From an uncultured Candidatus Saccharibacteria bacterium (GTDB lineage: Bacteria > Patescibacteriota > Saccharimonadia > Saccharimonadales > UBA7683), in NCBI GenBank assembly GCA_964448015.1, contig CAYUUV010000001.1:13147-54621 (forward strand): a stretch of DNA of 41,475 nucleotides, in the 5' to 3' direction. Positions within the stretch are counted from its first letter, which is position 1, and every line of letters starts with the position of its first letter. The position numbers were made by a program, and so were the translations under genes. Of the stretch, positions 15,570-23,340 are shown piece after piece. The notes beneath the pieces were generated by a model. That model saw only the letters and a program-made list of their open reading frames with translations, had not been told where the DNA came from and made no database searches.

Positions 15570-16070
15570 ATGGCGAAAGATTCTTCATTTGATATAGTTT
15601 CAGATTACGACATAGCAAAAGTAACAAACGCTGTTGAATCGGCGCAGCGTGAAATTAGTACGCGCTACGATTTCAAAGGCACAAAAGCGGGCCTAGAGTT
15701 CACTGACGGCAACAAAACTGGCGTGACTATTACTGGCGACAACAAATTCCACCTTGATAGCATTGTTGATATTTTAAGAAAGAAGTTAGCAACTTCTGGA
15801 GTAAGCCAGAAAATTTTAGATACCAGCAAAGAACCCACCGAAAATAACATGCAGATGAAGTGGGAACTAGCATTTGTAAAAGGCTTAGATCAAGAAAAAG
15901 CCAAAAAGGTTACAAAACTAATCCGCGATACCTACCCCAAAGTAAAACCACAGGTTCAAGGTGAAGAAATCCGCGTCAGCTCCCCAAAGCGAGACGAACT
16001 GCAAGCAGTTATGCAACTTCTGCGCGAAGCCGACTTCGACTTCCCGCTTGAGTTCACAAACTACCGCTAA
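15570..16070 (+). CDS. YajQ-family nucleotide-binding protein (UPF0234)
   Basis: MAKDSSFDIVS..D...V.NAV..A.REI..RYDFKG... gives full-length family similarity. Start set to ATG 15570. Confidence 0.9.
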   Translation: MAKDSSFDIVSDYDIAKVTNAVESAQREISTRYDFKGTKAGLEFTDGNKTGVTITGDNKFHLDSIVDILRKKLATSGVSQKILDTSKEPTENNMQMKWELAFVKGLDQEKAKKVTKLIRDTYPKVKPQVQGEEIRVSSPKRDELQAVMQLLREADFDFPLEFTNYR

Positions 16071-16103
16071 CCTAATCGGCTGAATCTCGAAACTTCATGG
16101 TCT

Positions 16104-16164
16104 TGTCATTCTCGACCTGATCGAGAACCTAGCTTTATAGATTCCTGCCTTCGCAGGAATGACA
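16104..16164. repeat. 61-bp composite palindromic element (TGTCAT...ATGACA family)
   Basis: TGTCATTCTCGA-cctga-TCGAGAA, spacer, ATTCCTGC-cttc-GCAGGAATGACA. The two-hairpin architecture matches the 96-bp pheT elements. Confidence 0.75.
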
Positions 16165-16338
16165 TTTGGAAAGGTTTTGAGGCTCAGGTTGATTCACGTA
16201 CGGGGAGAAAAGATTTTATGTCGGTCTTTGATAGAAAAGTCGGCAAATAAAAAGGCCTTCCGCTGTGTGGCCTAAAAACCACCCGCCGAAGGTCTTGTAG
16301 AGATTATACCTTGTTCGAATATAAGAATGAAAGCATGA

Positions 16339-16440
16339 ATCCGCGTCAGCTCCCCAAAACGAGATAAACTCAAGACAGTTATGCAACTCCTTCGCGAAGC
16401 CGACTTTGACTTCCCGCTAGAGTTCACCAATTATAAGTAG
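16339..16440 (+). pseudogene. Displaced, diverged copy of the last 33 codons of yajQ
   Basis: 102 nt aligns without gaps to 15969-16070 (84 of 102 identical by hand count). It translates to IRVSSPKRDKLKTVMQLLREADFDFPLEFTNYK* and is preceded in frame by TGA. Confidence 0.75.
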
Positions 16441-16449
16441 AGCACTACC

Positions 16450-16995
16450 TTATTCACTGGTGGGCTCGGTGTTTCGTTCAATGATTTTGTGCTTACGCAT
16501 GAACTTCATTCCCGTACGATAAGCGACCCCAGCTATTACAGCGGACCAGCCGATCCCATATACCGCATCAAGCGCATCTGGCGTATTCGCCTCTACTAAG
16601 CTGTTTGTCAAACCGTAAGCCTCTCCTACTACCTGTACCGCACTTGACGCAAAGAATCCCCCAAGTGCTGCAATACGCGCTTTTTTTACAATTTTTTCAT
16701 CTGATTTATTACGCTTAATAGTCTCCTGAGGCATAGTCAGCATAGCAATTGCAAAGCCAGCAGCCATAGTACCTATACCTGCCTCTCTGAAGTTGCCGAT
16801 ATGCGCAGCTATATCAAATGGCTCAGGATATGCACCACGTCTTAAATGTGCTTCCGAAAGTACCTCCAATGTGTCTCCGCTAGAAAATAACGCTATCGCT
16901 TTTGCGCCCAATGTTAGAGCTGGCTTCATTTGCTGCCAATCACTTTGGACTACAGCCTCATGCTGAGGTATTTCATCAAAATAAACTTCACTCAT
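16450..16995 (-). CDS. Hypothetical membrane protein
   Basis: 181 aa from ATG 16995. Several hydrophobic Gly/Ala-rich helices. No family recognised. Confidence 0.6.
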   Translation of the reverse strand: MSEVYFDEIPQHEAVVQSDWQQMKPALTLGAKAIALFSSGDTLEVLSEAHLRRGAYPEPFDIAAHIGNFREAGIGTMAAGFAIAMLTMPQETIKRNKSDEKIVKKARIAALGGFFASSAVQVVGEAYGLTNSLVEANTPDALDAVYGIGWSAVIAGVAYRTGMKFMRKHKIIERNTEPTSE

Positions 16996-17001
16996 TTTTT
17001 T

Positions 17002-17031
17002 ATTATAGCATATATTATATACTTGTGTCAA
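17002..17031 (-). promoter_or_regulatory. Consensus sigma70-type promoter positioned for a leaderless transcript
   Basis: Minus strand TTGACA (17031-17026), 18 nt, TATAAT (17007-17002), then AAAAAA and ATG 16995. No SD is present. Confidence 0.5.
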
Positions 17032-17060
17032 TATCGGTACACTCCTGTTATACTAACAAG

Positions 17061-17612
17061 ATGGAAATTACCTATTTTGTACATAGTATTACGAAAGATA
17101 ATGAGCGGGGCGTGGCTTCGGGGTGGCTTGAGGCAGAGCTTTCTGAAGAAGGAATGAAGCGAATTAAGCAGTTACCTGAGCTGGTGAGCGATGATTCGTT
17201 TGAAGTGATTTTTCCGTCTGATTTAAAACGAGCGATTGATTCGGCCACAATCCCGTTTAGTAAAACACATACAATTATGCCGGATAAACGCCTGCGCGAA
17301 GCAAACTATGGCGATCTTGATGGCACGCCAAAAGTTTTTAAAAAGCAGATAAAGAACTACATTGATACTCCGTATCCAAATGGAGAAAGCTATCAAGATG
17401 TCGAAAAGCGTATGCGCGAGTTTTAAGAAGAAAAGAGCGCCGAAGGCTGGCAACATATTGCAATCTTTGGTCACGAAGCCACCCAACTTGCGCTAGAAGT
17501 CATCTGCAACAGCAAAACATGGGAAGAAGCGATTGATGATGACTGGCGCCCAACACAGAGCTGGCAGCCAGGATGGGTGTACGGCTTTGAGATAACAGAT
17601 AGTAGCAATTAG
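17061..17612 (+). pseudogene. Histidine phosphatase (phosphoglycerate-mutase-like) family gene interrupted by an in-frame TAA
   Basis: MEITYFVHSITKDNERGVASGW... runs to TAA at 17424-17426. The same frame then continues as EEKSAEGWQHIAIFGHEATQLALEV... to TAG at 17610. The RHG arginine is replaced (FVHS). Confidence 0.6.
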
Positions 17613-17914
17613 ATAACAGTATCCCTCGCTGGTCGGCGAGGTTAGCTAGTTTCACCCATTCAGAAAAACCCGAAGACCGGAACTGTTCTTTTTCCAAGTC
17701 AAGGAGTGACTTGCCTGAACAAATAGCTAGAGAATGGTGAAGGATGCCTGCATCGTCACGACGCGGAAAAAGAATAGTGGAGGGCTATCGAGTCTTTTCT
17801 GTCATGGGTGCTGTTTTATCTTACTTTACGACGTTACTCCGAAGCTTTATGCGAAGGATGTATGCGTCAAAAGTGAGGAGGAAGAAAAGGATTGTATCGC
17901 CAGCGATGATAAAG

Positions 17915-18175
17915 ATTGGATCCTGAATCTAGTTCAGGATGACAAGCTGCGCTTGAATGAGTGGACTGGATTCCCGCGGTTCGTCTGAGCTCACCGTCGA
18001 TGACCTTCGCGGGAATGACGGAGGTTGATTGATTGGATCCCGTGTCAAAGCACGGGATGACACCCCCTCACTAAAGCTACGGGGTGCAGGCGACATGGGT
18101 TGCATAGACTGGATGCCCGCCGGAGTTGATGTTGAACTCGATTCAGCGCGGGAATGACGGCCGCGGGATTCGTTT
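17915..18175. repeat. Cluster of at least 4 palindromic units of the TGGAT..stem-loop..ATGAC family
   Basis: Unit 17915-17944 is ATTGGATCCTGAA-tctag-TTCAGGATGACA. Unit 17966-18019 is CTGGATTCCCGCG...CGCGGGAATGAC. Unit 18032-18062 is ATTGGATCCCGTG-tcaaag-CACGGGATGACA. Unit 18109-18158 is CTGGATGCCCGC...GCGGGAATGAC. There is also a CACCCC/GGGGTG hairpin. Confidence 0.8.
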
Positions 18176-18259
18176 CGTATTTTGGTATTGATGATTTAGT
18201 ATCTATTTGTTATTTGGTGCGTATGACTTCGTGCTTTCTTCGGGTATACTATAATCATA

Positions 18260-19591
18260 ATGGATGGGCAAACAAAGCTTTTTGAGTACTGTAAAGCGGT
18301 ACTCGACCGAAACGGTCTTGGCGGATGGACAAAACCAGCCCCACATTTATATCCCCATCAGTGGTTATGGGACAGCTGTTTCATCGCAATTGGACTGCGT
18401 CATTATGATGTCAAGCGGGCCCAAAAAGAAATCAAAAATCTCTTCCGTGGCCAGTGGAAGAACGGTATGGTACCCAACATTATTTATGGGTCAGAAAAAC
18501 AATATTCTGATGACATCTGGAACTCACCAATCTCGCACAATGCACCTCGTAAAATTAGAACCAGCGGCATCACCCAGCCGCCTATGATTGCCGAAGCTGT
18601 GCAGAAAATTGGCGAAATGTTGCCAGCAAAAGACCGGCGTGAGTGGTACAAAAGTATTTTTGATGACCTCGTTGCTTATCACGAATGGATGTATCGAGAG
18701 CGTGATCCGCACGGCGAAGGCCTCATCACCCTCGTACACCCTTGGGAATGCGGACTCGACAACAACCCGGGCTGGATGAGCGAAATGCGCCTCAATGAAC
18801 TGCCACTCTGGATCGCAACTATTAAAAAACTTCGACTGCACACGATATTTAATATATTTCGAGGAGAAACTAAGTATTTACCCGCCTATGAGCGCATCGA
18901 CGTAATTGATGCCCTCGGGCTCTACAGCATTGCGCGGCAACTACGCCGTAAAAAATATGAAACCCGGCTCATCCTCCGACACTCTCACTTATGCATTGAA
19001 GATCTGGCATTTAACTCTATTCTTATTCGCGCCAATACCGTGCTGATTGAGATTGCGCACGACATTAAACGTGAGGTCCCCGGCTGGCTGTACGAACGAA
19101 TGAGAAAGACGCCCCACGCACTTGAACTGCTGTGGAGCAATACACACCAGCAATACCTCAGTCGTAACTTTGATACCTTTGAACTGATTGGTGAGCCAAG
19201 TATTATGACTTTTCTACCGCTCTATGCAGGAAGTATTAGTAAACGGCGCGCTCATCAGTTGGTCGAACTACTCAAAATGCGAGATTGGAACACTCCATTC
19301 CCCATACCTTCGGTGCCAAAAACTTCAAAATCATTTCAGCCGCGGCGCTACTGGCAAGGCCCGACCTGGATCAACACGAATTGGCTGATTGCAGACGGCC
19401 TAACGAGATATGGGTATCACGAAGAAGCCGACTTAATCCGACAAAAGTCATTACAACTCGTTGCCGAACATGGCGCCTATGAATATTTCAACCCCCTCGA
19501 TGGCGCACCTGTTGGAGCCCACCCCTTCAGTTGGACCGCCGCACTCACCATCGACTTTTTACGAGAGACTCAATTCACAAACTTCAAATAG
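18260..19591 (+). CDS. GH63-like (alpha/alpha)6-barrel glycoside hydrolase (MGH1-like)
   Basis: 443 aa with HQWLWDSCF, GITQPPM, HPWECGLDN, YWQGPTWIN.NW and FSWTAAL motifs. Family assigned from memory. Confidence 0.7.
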   Translation: MDGQTKLFEYCKAVLDRNGLGGWTKPAPHLYPHQWLWDSCFIAIGLRHYDVKRAQKEIKNLFRGQWKNGMVPNIIYGSEKQYSDDIWNSPISHNAPRKIRTSGITQPPMIAEAVQKIGEMLPAKDRREWYKSIFDDLVAYHEWMYRERDPHGEGLITLVHPWECGLDNNPGWMSEMRLNELPLWIATIKKLRLHTIFNIFRGETKYLPAYERIDVIDALGLYSIARQLRRKKYETRLILRHSHLCIEDLAFNSILIRANTVLIEIAHDIKREVPGWLYERMRKTPHALELLWSNTHQQYLSRNFDTFELIGEPSIMTFLPLYAGSISKRRAHQLVELLKMRDWNTPFPIPSVPKTSKSFQPRRYWQGPTWINTNWLIADGLTRYGYHEEADLIRQKSLQLVAEHGAYEYFNPLDGAPVGAHPFSWTAALTIDFLRETQFTNFK

Positions 19592-19620
19592 AGAGTTGCC
19601 AACTCTTCTTGTTCGCAGTA

Positions 19621-20517
19621 TCAATACCCATGCTCTGACTGACCTTCGTGTTCGGGCGAGTGATCGTACAGCACTTCTTCATGTGTATGATCGCCGTCGT
19701 CATGAACGTAGTGCTCTTCTTTTACCACTTCTCCCGAATGAGTGTGATCAGTATCAATGTAGGTGTGCGCAATATTGATAGAAAGTCCCACAACAACCGC
19801 CCCTAAAACTAGCAGAAATGGACGAATATCAAGCAGGGTATTAGTTTTAGTCTCTTCGTGAATGGTGGGAATAATGTCACTCGCCGCGATGTACAGTAAA
19901 AATCCAGCACTGACACCCAGTAACACACCAATCGGCAGATGCGCATCATTACCCAGCCAGAAAGTGATAACCGCCGTTATTAACGTGGCGAAAGCACTGG
20001 CAATATTTACGAGTATAACCTTACGGCGACTCATCCCCTTTTTCAGTAATAGACCAAAGTCGCCAATTTCCTGCGGAATTTCATGAGCAGCTACCGCAAG
20101 TGTAGTAATAATCCCCGTTGGCACACTAATCAGAAAGCTCGCCGCAATCGCAACGCCATCGAGCGCATTATGCAGAGTATCGCCCACAATAACCAGACTT
20201 GTCGTTGCATCGACGTGCGTTTCGTCATCTTGGTGGTGATGGTGAAACCAATGCAAAAATCGCTCAGCAAAAAAGAAAGTTATCATTCCTATCAGGGCGG
20301 CCAGCATTACCGTTTGTGGGGCCGCCTGCTCAACGCCTTCTGTTAAAAGGTCGAGAAATACCGCCGATAGCAATGCACCGGCCGCAAACGGTGTTGCATA
20401 TCGAGCCAAATTGTCTGCCCAGCTTTTTTTACTGAGTAGAATGACACCGCCCAGGAGTGAAATGACACCGCCCAGGAGTGAAAATATAATGATATGTCCT
20501 ATATGTGCTGTCGTCAT
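19621..20517 (-). CDS. ZIP-family divalent metal transporter with His-rich loop and tail
   Basis: HEIPQEIGDFGLL signature, HWFHHHHQDDETH loop, His/Asp/Glu-rich C-terminus. Confidence 0.9.
   Translation of the reverse strand: MTTAHIGHIIIFSLLGGVISLLGGVILLSKKSWADNLARYATPFAAGALLSAVFLDLLTEGVEQAAPQTVMLAALIGMITFFFAERFLHWFHHHHQDDETHVDATTSLVIVGDTLHNALDGVAIAASFLISVPTGIITTLAVAAHEIPQEIGDFGLLLKKGMSRRKVILVNIASAFATLITAVITFWLGNDAHLPIGVLLGVSAGFLLYIAASDIIPTIHEETKTNTLLDIRPFLLVLGAVVVGLSINIAHTYIDTDHTHSGEVVKEEHYVHDDGDHTHEEVLYDHSPEHEGQSEHGY
20441..20482. repeat. Perfect 21-bp tandem duplication inside the ZIP gene
   Basis: ATGACACCGCCCAGGAGTGAA twice, back to back. It encodes SLLGGVI-SLLGGVI in the first transmembrane helix. 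Confidence 0.9.
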
Positions 20518-20556
20518 ATACGCGACCCTTTCAATACATTACATCTGTTACTTACT

Positions 20557-20609
20557 ATAATAAGTCGTGTGTGTTAATTTTGCAAAAGTGTCGCAATTTG
20601 TGATATATT
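20557..20609. promoter_or_regulatory. Back-to-back divergent promoters sharing one palindromic -35 (candidate Zur operator)
   Basis: TTTTGCAAAA (20578-20587) contains the palindromic TTGCAA. TATTAT lies 17 nt away on the minus strand (20562-20557). TATATT lies 18 nt away on the plus strand (20604-20609). Confidence 0.4.
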
Positions 20610-20634
20610 TTGAGATGTAAACAAAGGTACTATC

Positions 20635-21039
20635 ATGGAACTTGAAGTTAAAAACACACTTAAACAACAGGGTTTTACTGCTACAAAAACAAGAATGTCC
20701 GTTCTCCAGGCACTGCTTGAGATTCAGCCGGCCAGTATGAACCAACTGATTCGCACTCTACCCGACGTTGACCGAGCAACTATATATCGCACCGTCGACT
20801 TATTTGTTGATTTAAACATTGCCAAAAAGGTATACACCGGCTTTAAGTACCGCATAGAACTTGGCGATGATTTTCAAGAGCACCATCATCACCTCACCTG
20901 CCTCCGTTGCGGCTCAGTTATTGATGTCCACACGCCAGAAATTGAATATGCAATTGAACAAACTGCTCACAGTAACGGCTTCCGCGCTCTTCGTCATGAT
21001 CTTGAAGTAGCCGGCTACTGCGCGAACTGTCGAGGTTAG
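20635..21039 (+). CDS. Fur-family metalloregulator (Zur-like by context)
   Basis: 134 aa. Winged-helix N-terminus, HHHHLTCLRCG and CANC metal sites. Divergent from the ZIP transporter. Confidence 0.85.
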   Translation: MELEVKNTLKQQGFTATKTRMSVLQALLEIQPASMNQLIRTLPDVDRATIYRTVDLFVDLNIAKKVYTGFKYRIELGDDFQEHHHHLTCLRCGSVIDVHTPEIEYAIEQTAHSNGFRALRHDLEVAGYCANCRG

Positions 21040-21310
21040 TGAGCTTAGTTTATAGTTAAAAGTTTGTAGTACATAGAAAAACTCAGCCGCAAAACGACAA
21101 ACAACGAACCACAAGCTAAAAACCCCTAATCAATAAACCGGGCATATAACCCGGCTTAATGGAGTGATCAAGTGATCCTCCACTATTTAGTATACTCCCT
21201 TGGTGCAAAACCGCAAGTTGCCGATATGAAATTAACAGATGACATGCTTGCATTTTTTCTTTCAGTCCAGTATATCTAGTTGCATACTAATCATAAGGAG
21301 ATTACGTTTA

Positions 21311-22144
21311 ATGAAGATTAAAAATATTAACATCCCTTTAACTGCGCTTGCGGGTGAGTTGCTGGGAACATTTACACTTGCTGTCATAGCCTTGACTATT
21401 GGTCAGCCATTGTTGGTAGGACTCACACTTGTTGTGCTTGTTTTTGGCTTTGCTACCATTTCTGGAGCACACCTGAACCCAGCAGTAACATTTGGTCTGT
21501 GGTCTGTGAAAAAAATTGAAACACTCAAAGCACTGTTTTACTGGCTCGCACAATTTATTGGCGGCCTCTTTGCACTGTTCGTTGTTGGTGTATTTAAAGG
21601 TGACGAACCAGGAATTTCTCTGGCAAGTTTTGCTAGTTTTGATGCTAAAATTGTAACCGCTGAAATCATTGGTGTCGCAATTTTTGTATTTACCCTGGTA
21701 GCTGTCGTACATCGTAAGGCATCTGAAGGCGTACAAGCTGCTGCAATCGGTCTTGCACTCATGGTTGGCCTCTATGCAGGTGGTGGTCTTCTCAGTCTTG
21801 CTGCACAGGATCTGGATGCAAACGCAAAAGAACTACCCCGTGCTGCGAAAGTTGATGGTGTCATTTTGAACCCAGCAATTGCTTTGGCTGCAACAGAAAA
21901 AGAAGATCAAACTTCAGCTCTGCAACAGCAACTAGGCGGTACCGAAGAAAAAGCTGAAAAGAAAGCTCCGGCAAGTCGCTTTACACTTGAAACAACTGTT
22001 GGTACCTTGCTTGGTGCCGCACTTGGTGCAAACTTATTTATGGCACTTTCTGGCGTAAATCCATTCGCCAAACAACAAACTGTGGCAACTAAAGTAACGA
22101 CCACTGTGAAAAAAGTGACGAAAAAAACAAAGGGCAAAAAATAA
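21311..22144 (+). CDS. MIP/aquaporin-family channel, atypical
   Basis: SGAHLNPAVTF (first NPA) and VILNPAIALA (second NPA). Start set to ATG 21311 after AAGGAG. Lys-rich C-terminal tail. Confidence 0.8.
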   Translation: MKIKNINIPLTALAGELLGTFTLAVIALTIGQPLLVGLTLVVLVFGFATISGAHLNPAVTFGLWSVKKIETLKALFYWLAQFIGGLFALFVVGVFKGDEPGISLASFASFDAKIVTAEIIGVAIFVFTLVAVVHRKASEGVQAAAIGLALMVGLYAGGGLLSLAAQDLDANAKELPRAAKVDGVILNPAIALAATEKEDQTSALQQQLGGTEEKAEKKAPASRFTLETTVGTLLGAALGANLFMALSGVNPFAKQQTVATKVTTTVKKVTKKTKGKK

Positions 22145-22255
22145 TCCAAGGCCCAAAGTACGTTTAAACCGGATCGTGACTGACCGCTTTCAACACGCGC
22201 GTCGCCCGTCTTGCTAAGCCTTGGCGAAGTAGGGTAACCGACCGCGCAACACATT

Positions 22256-22284
22256 AAAAAACTCCCCGGCTTTCGGGGAGTTTT
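22256..22284. terminator. Bidirectional intrinsic terminator
   Basis: AAAAAA-CTCCCCG-gcttt-CGGGGAG-TTTT, between the convergent MIP gene and the 131-aa gene. Confidence 0.75.
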
Positions 22285-22295
22285 ACTTCTCTCAG

Positions 22296-22691
22296 CTATG
22301 TAGTATGTCTACCCTGTACTACCGCCTTGGCAATATCTCCTACCAGCACATCATTAAATGCGCTGCAACGCATCGGAAATGCTACCGATACTTCAACTGC
22401 ACCGTCTTGAAGATCATCATATGTTTCACGCATCGTAACCCGTTGCTCACACAAGTTACAGATGTAGTGAGCGGATGCTCTGTTATTTGATGAGCTACGA
22501 AACGCTGACTGCAAATCCGCTGCATCAAATGCCGCTTCTGGCAAAGTTTGACTTTGATCTGCACCTTCTACAGCCCGTTGAGTCGCAAGTTCCCCGTCAA
22601 ACTCAACAGCAGCTCGGAGTACACAGGCACTGGCAGGTAACCCGTTTCGATCACACCGTGCAATAAATGTCCTTCTTTCAATATCTCGCAT
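22296..22691 (-). CDS. Hypothetical protein (131 aa), apparently monocistronic
   Basis: It has its own candidate promoter, an SD (AGGAG) and a terminator. No family recognised. Confidence 0.5.
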   Translation of the reverse strand: MRDIERRTFIARCDRNGLPASACVLRAAVEFDGELATQRAVEGADQSQTLPEAAFDAADLQSAFRSSSNNRASAHYICNLCEQRVTMRETYDDLQDGAVEVSVAFPMRCSAFNDVLVGDIAKAVVQGRHTT

Positions 22692-22722
22692 ATCCTCTTA
22701 CTCCTGTCTAGTCCTGCCTGCA

Positions 22723-22750
22723 ATTGTAGCCCATCACAAACACTTTGCAA
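22723..22750 (-). promoter_or_regulatory. Candidate promoter of the 131-aa gene
   Basis: Minus strand TTGCAA, 16 nt, TACAAT, about 30 nt upstream of the ATG. Confidence 0.4.
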
Positions 22751-22789
22751 GCACATGCAGAATGCCACGCAACCAGTACTATTCTTGGC

Positions 22790-23323
22790 TTAAAGCTTTA
22801 GTTGAGCAAGCTGCTGATTCAAAGTGGAGCGATTTTTCACTATGACCACCCTGTTCTGCGGCTGCTCCGCAAGCAGTGCGAGTATTCTTGGCTTATGCGA
22901 ACGCTTGAATTCAAACACTTTTTTGATCAGTTGGAGGTTGAACTGTTCCCGCCAGCCTTCAGGCATATCAGTGCGCGTATGAGTACCTCTATACATCATG
23001 CGTCTTTTCAAGACACCGTTTAGGGCAGTTGTGGTCGGATAGTCCAGAAAAATTACTAGATCCGCAGCCGGGATACGCAGATCAAGCGTACTTGTGTAAT
23101 TACCGTCCATAATCCACGCTGGCTCCTTGAGTAGTTCGGCAATATGTTTGCGCCACTGTTTGCATTTTTGATCAACATCATTACTCCACCGATTCTTTGC
23201 ATGCCAATCTTTATCCAGGTGCAATACTGGCAGCTTAGTTTGCTCTGCAAGCTTTATTGCTAGGGTACTCTTACCAGTCCCCGGGCAACCAATAAGTACG
23301 ATTCTTTTGACGGGCTGTTTCAT
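22790..23323 (-). CDS. P-loop NTPase, adenylate-kinase-like (topology-modulation-protein-like)
   Basis: 177 aa. Walker A GCPGTGKST, then LPVLHLD..W and WIMDGNY patterns. Confidence 0.8.
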   Translation of the reverse strand: MKQPVKRIVLIGCPGTGKSTLAIKLAEQTKLPVLHLDKDWHAKNRWSNDVDQKCKQWRKHIAELLKEPAWIMDGNYTSTLDLRIPAADLVIFLDYPTTTALNGVLKRRMMYRGTHTRTDMPEGWREQFNLQLIKKVFEFKRSHKPRILALLAEQPQNRVVIVKNRSTLNQQLAQLKL

Positions 23324-23340
23324 GACACTAGTATACCCCC

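Noticed and set aside
17424-17426. TAA recoding or programmed readthrough in the histidine phosphatase gene.
   Set aside because: No other evidence of TAA reassignment exists in the window, and many genes end in TAA at sensible positions. The catalytic Arg is also lost, so a pseudogene or sequencing error is more likely.
17734-17988. Track ORFs 17734..17988 and 17744..17926 on the plus strand.
   Set aside because: There is no SD, the two ORFs overlap in different frames, and their 3' parts are translations of the palindromic repeat units. Judged spurious.
9791-18175. CRISPR array formed by the repeated palindromic units.
   Set aside because: The units are not regularly spaced, differ in stem sequence, lie inside coding genes, and have no cas genes nearby. 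They are dispersed REP/MITE-like elements, not a CRISPR array.
21040-21120. Another ORF-less stem resembling the four-helix-bundle cassette arms, downstream of the Fur-family gene (AGCTTAGTTTATAGTT...AACCACAAGCTAA).
   Set aside because: Complementarity by hand alignment is weak and needs many mismatches. It is not distinguishable from AT-rich spacer sequence without computation.
21907-22254. 115-aa minus-strand ORF overlapping the 3' end of the MIP gene and the spacer before the terminator.
   Set aside because: It mostly overlaps the well-supported MIP gene on the other strand, and it has no SD and no recognisable family.
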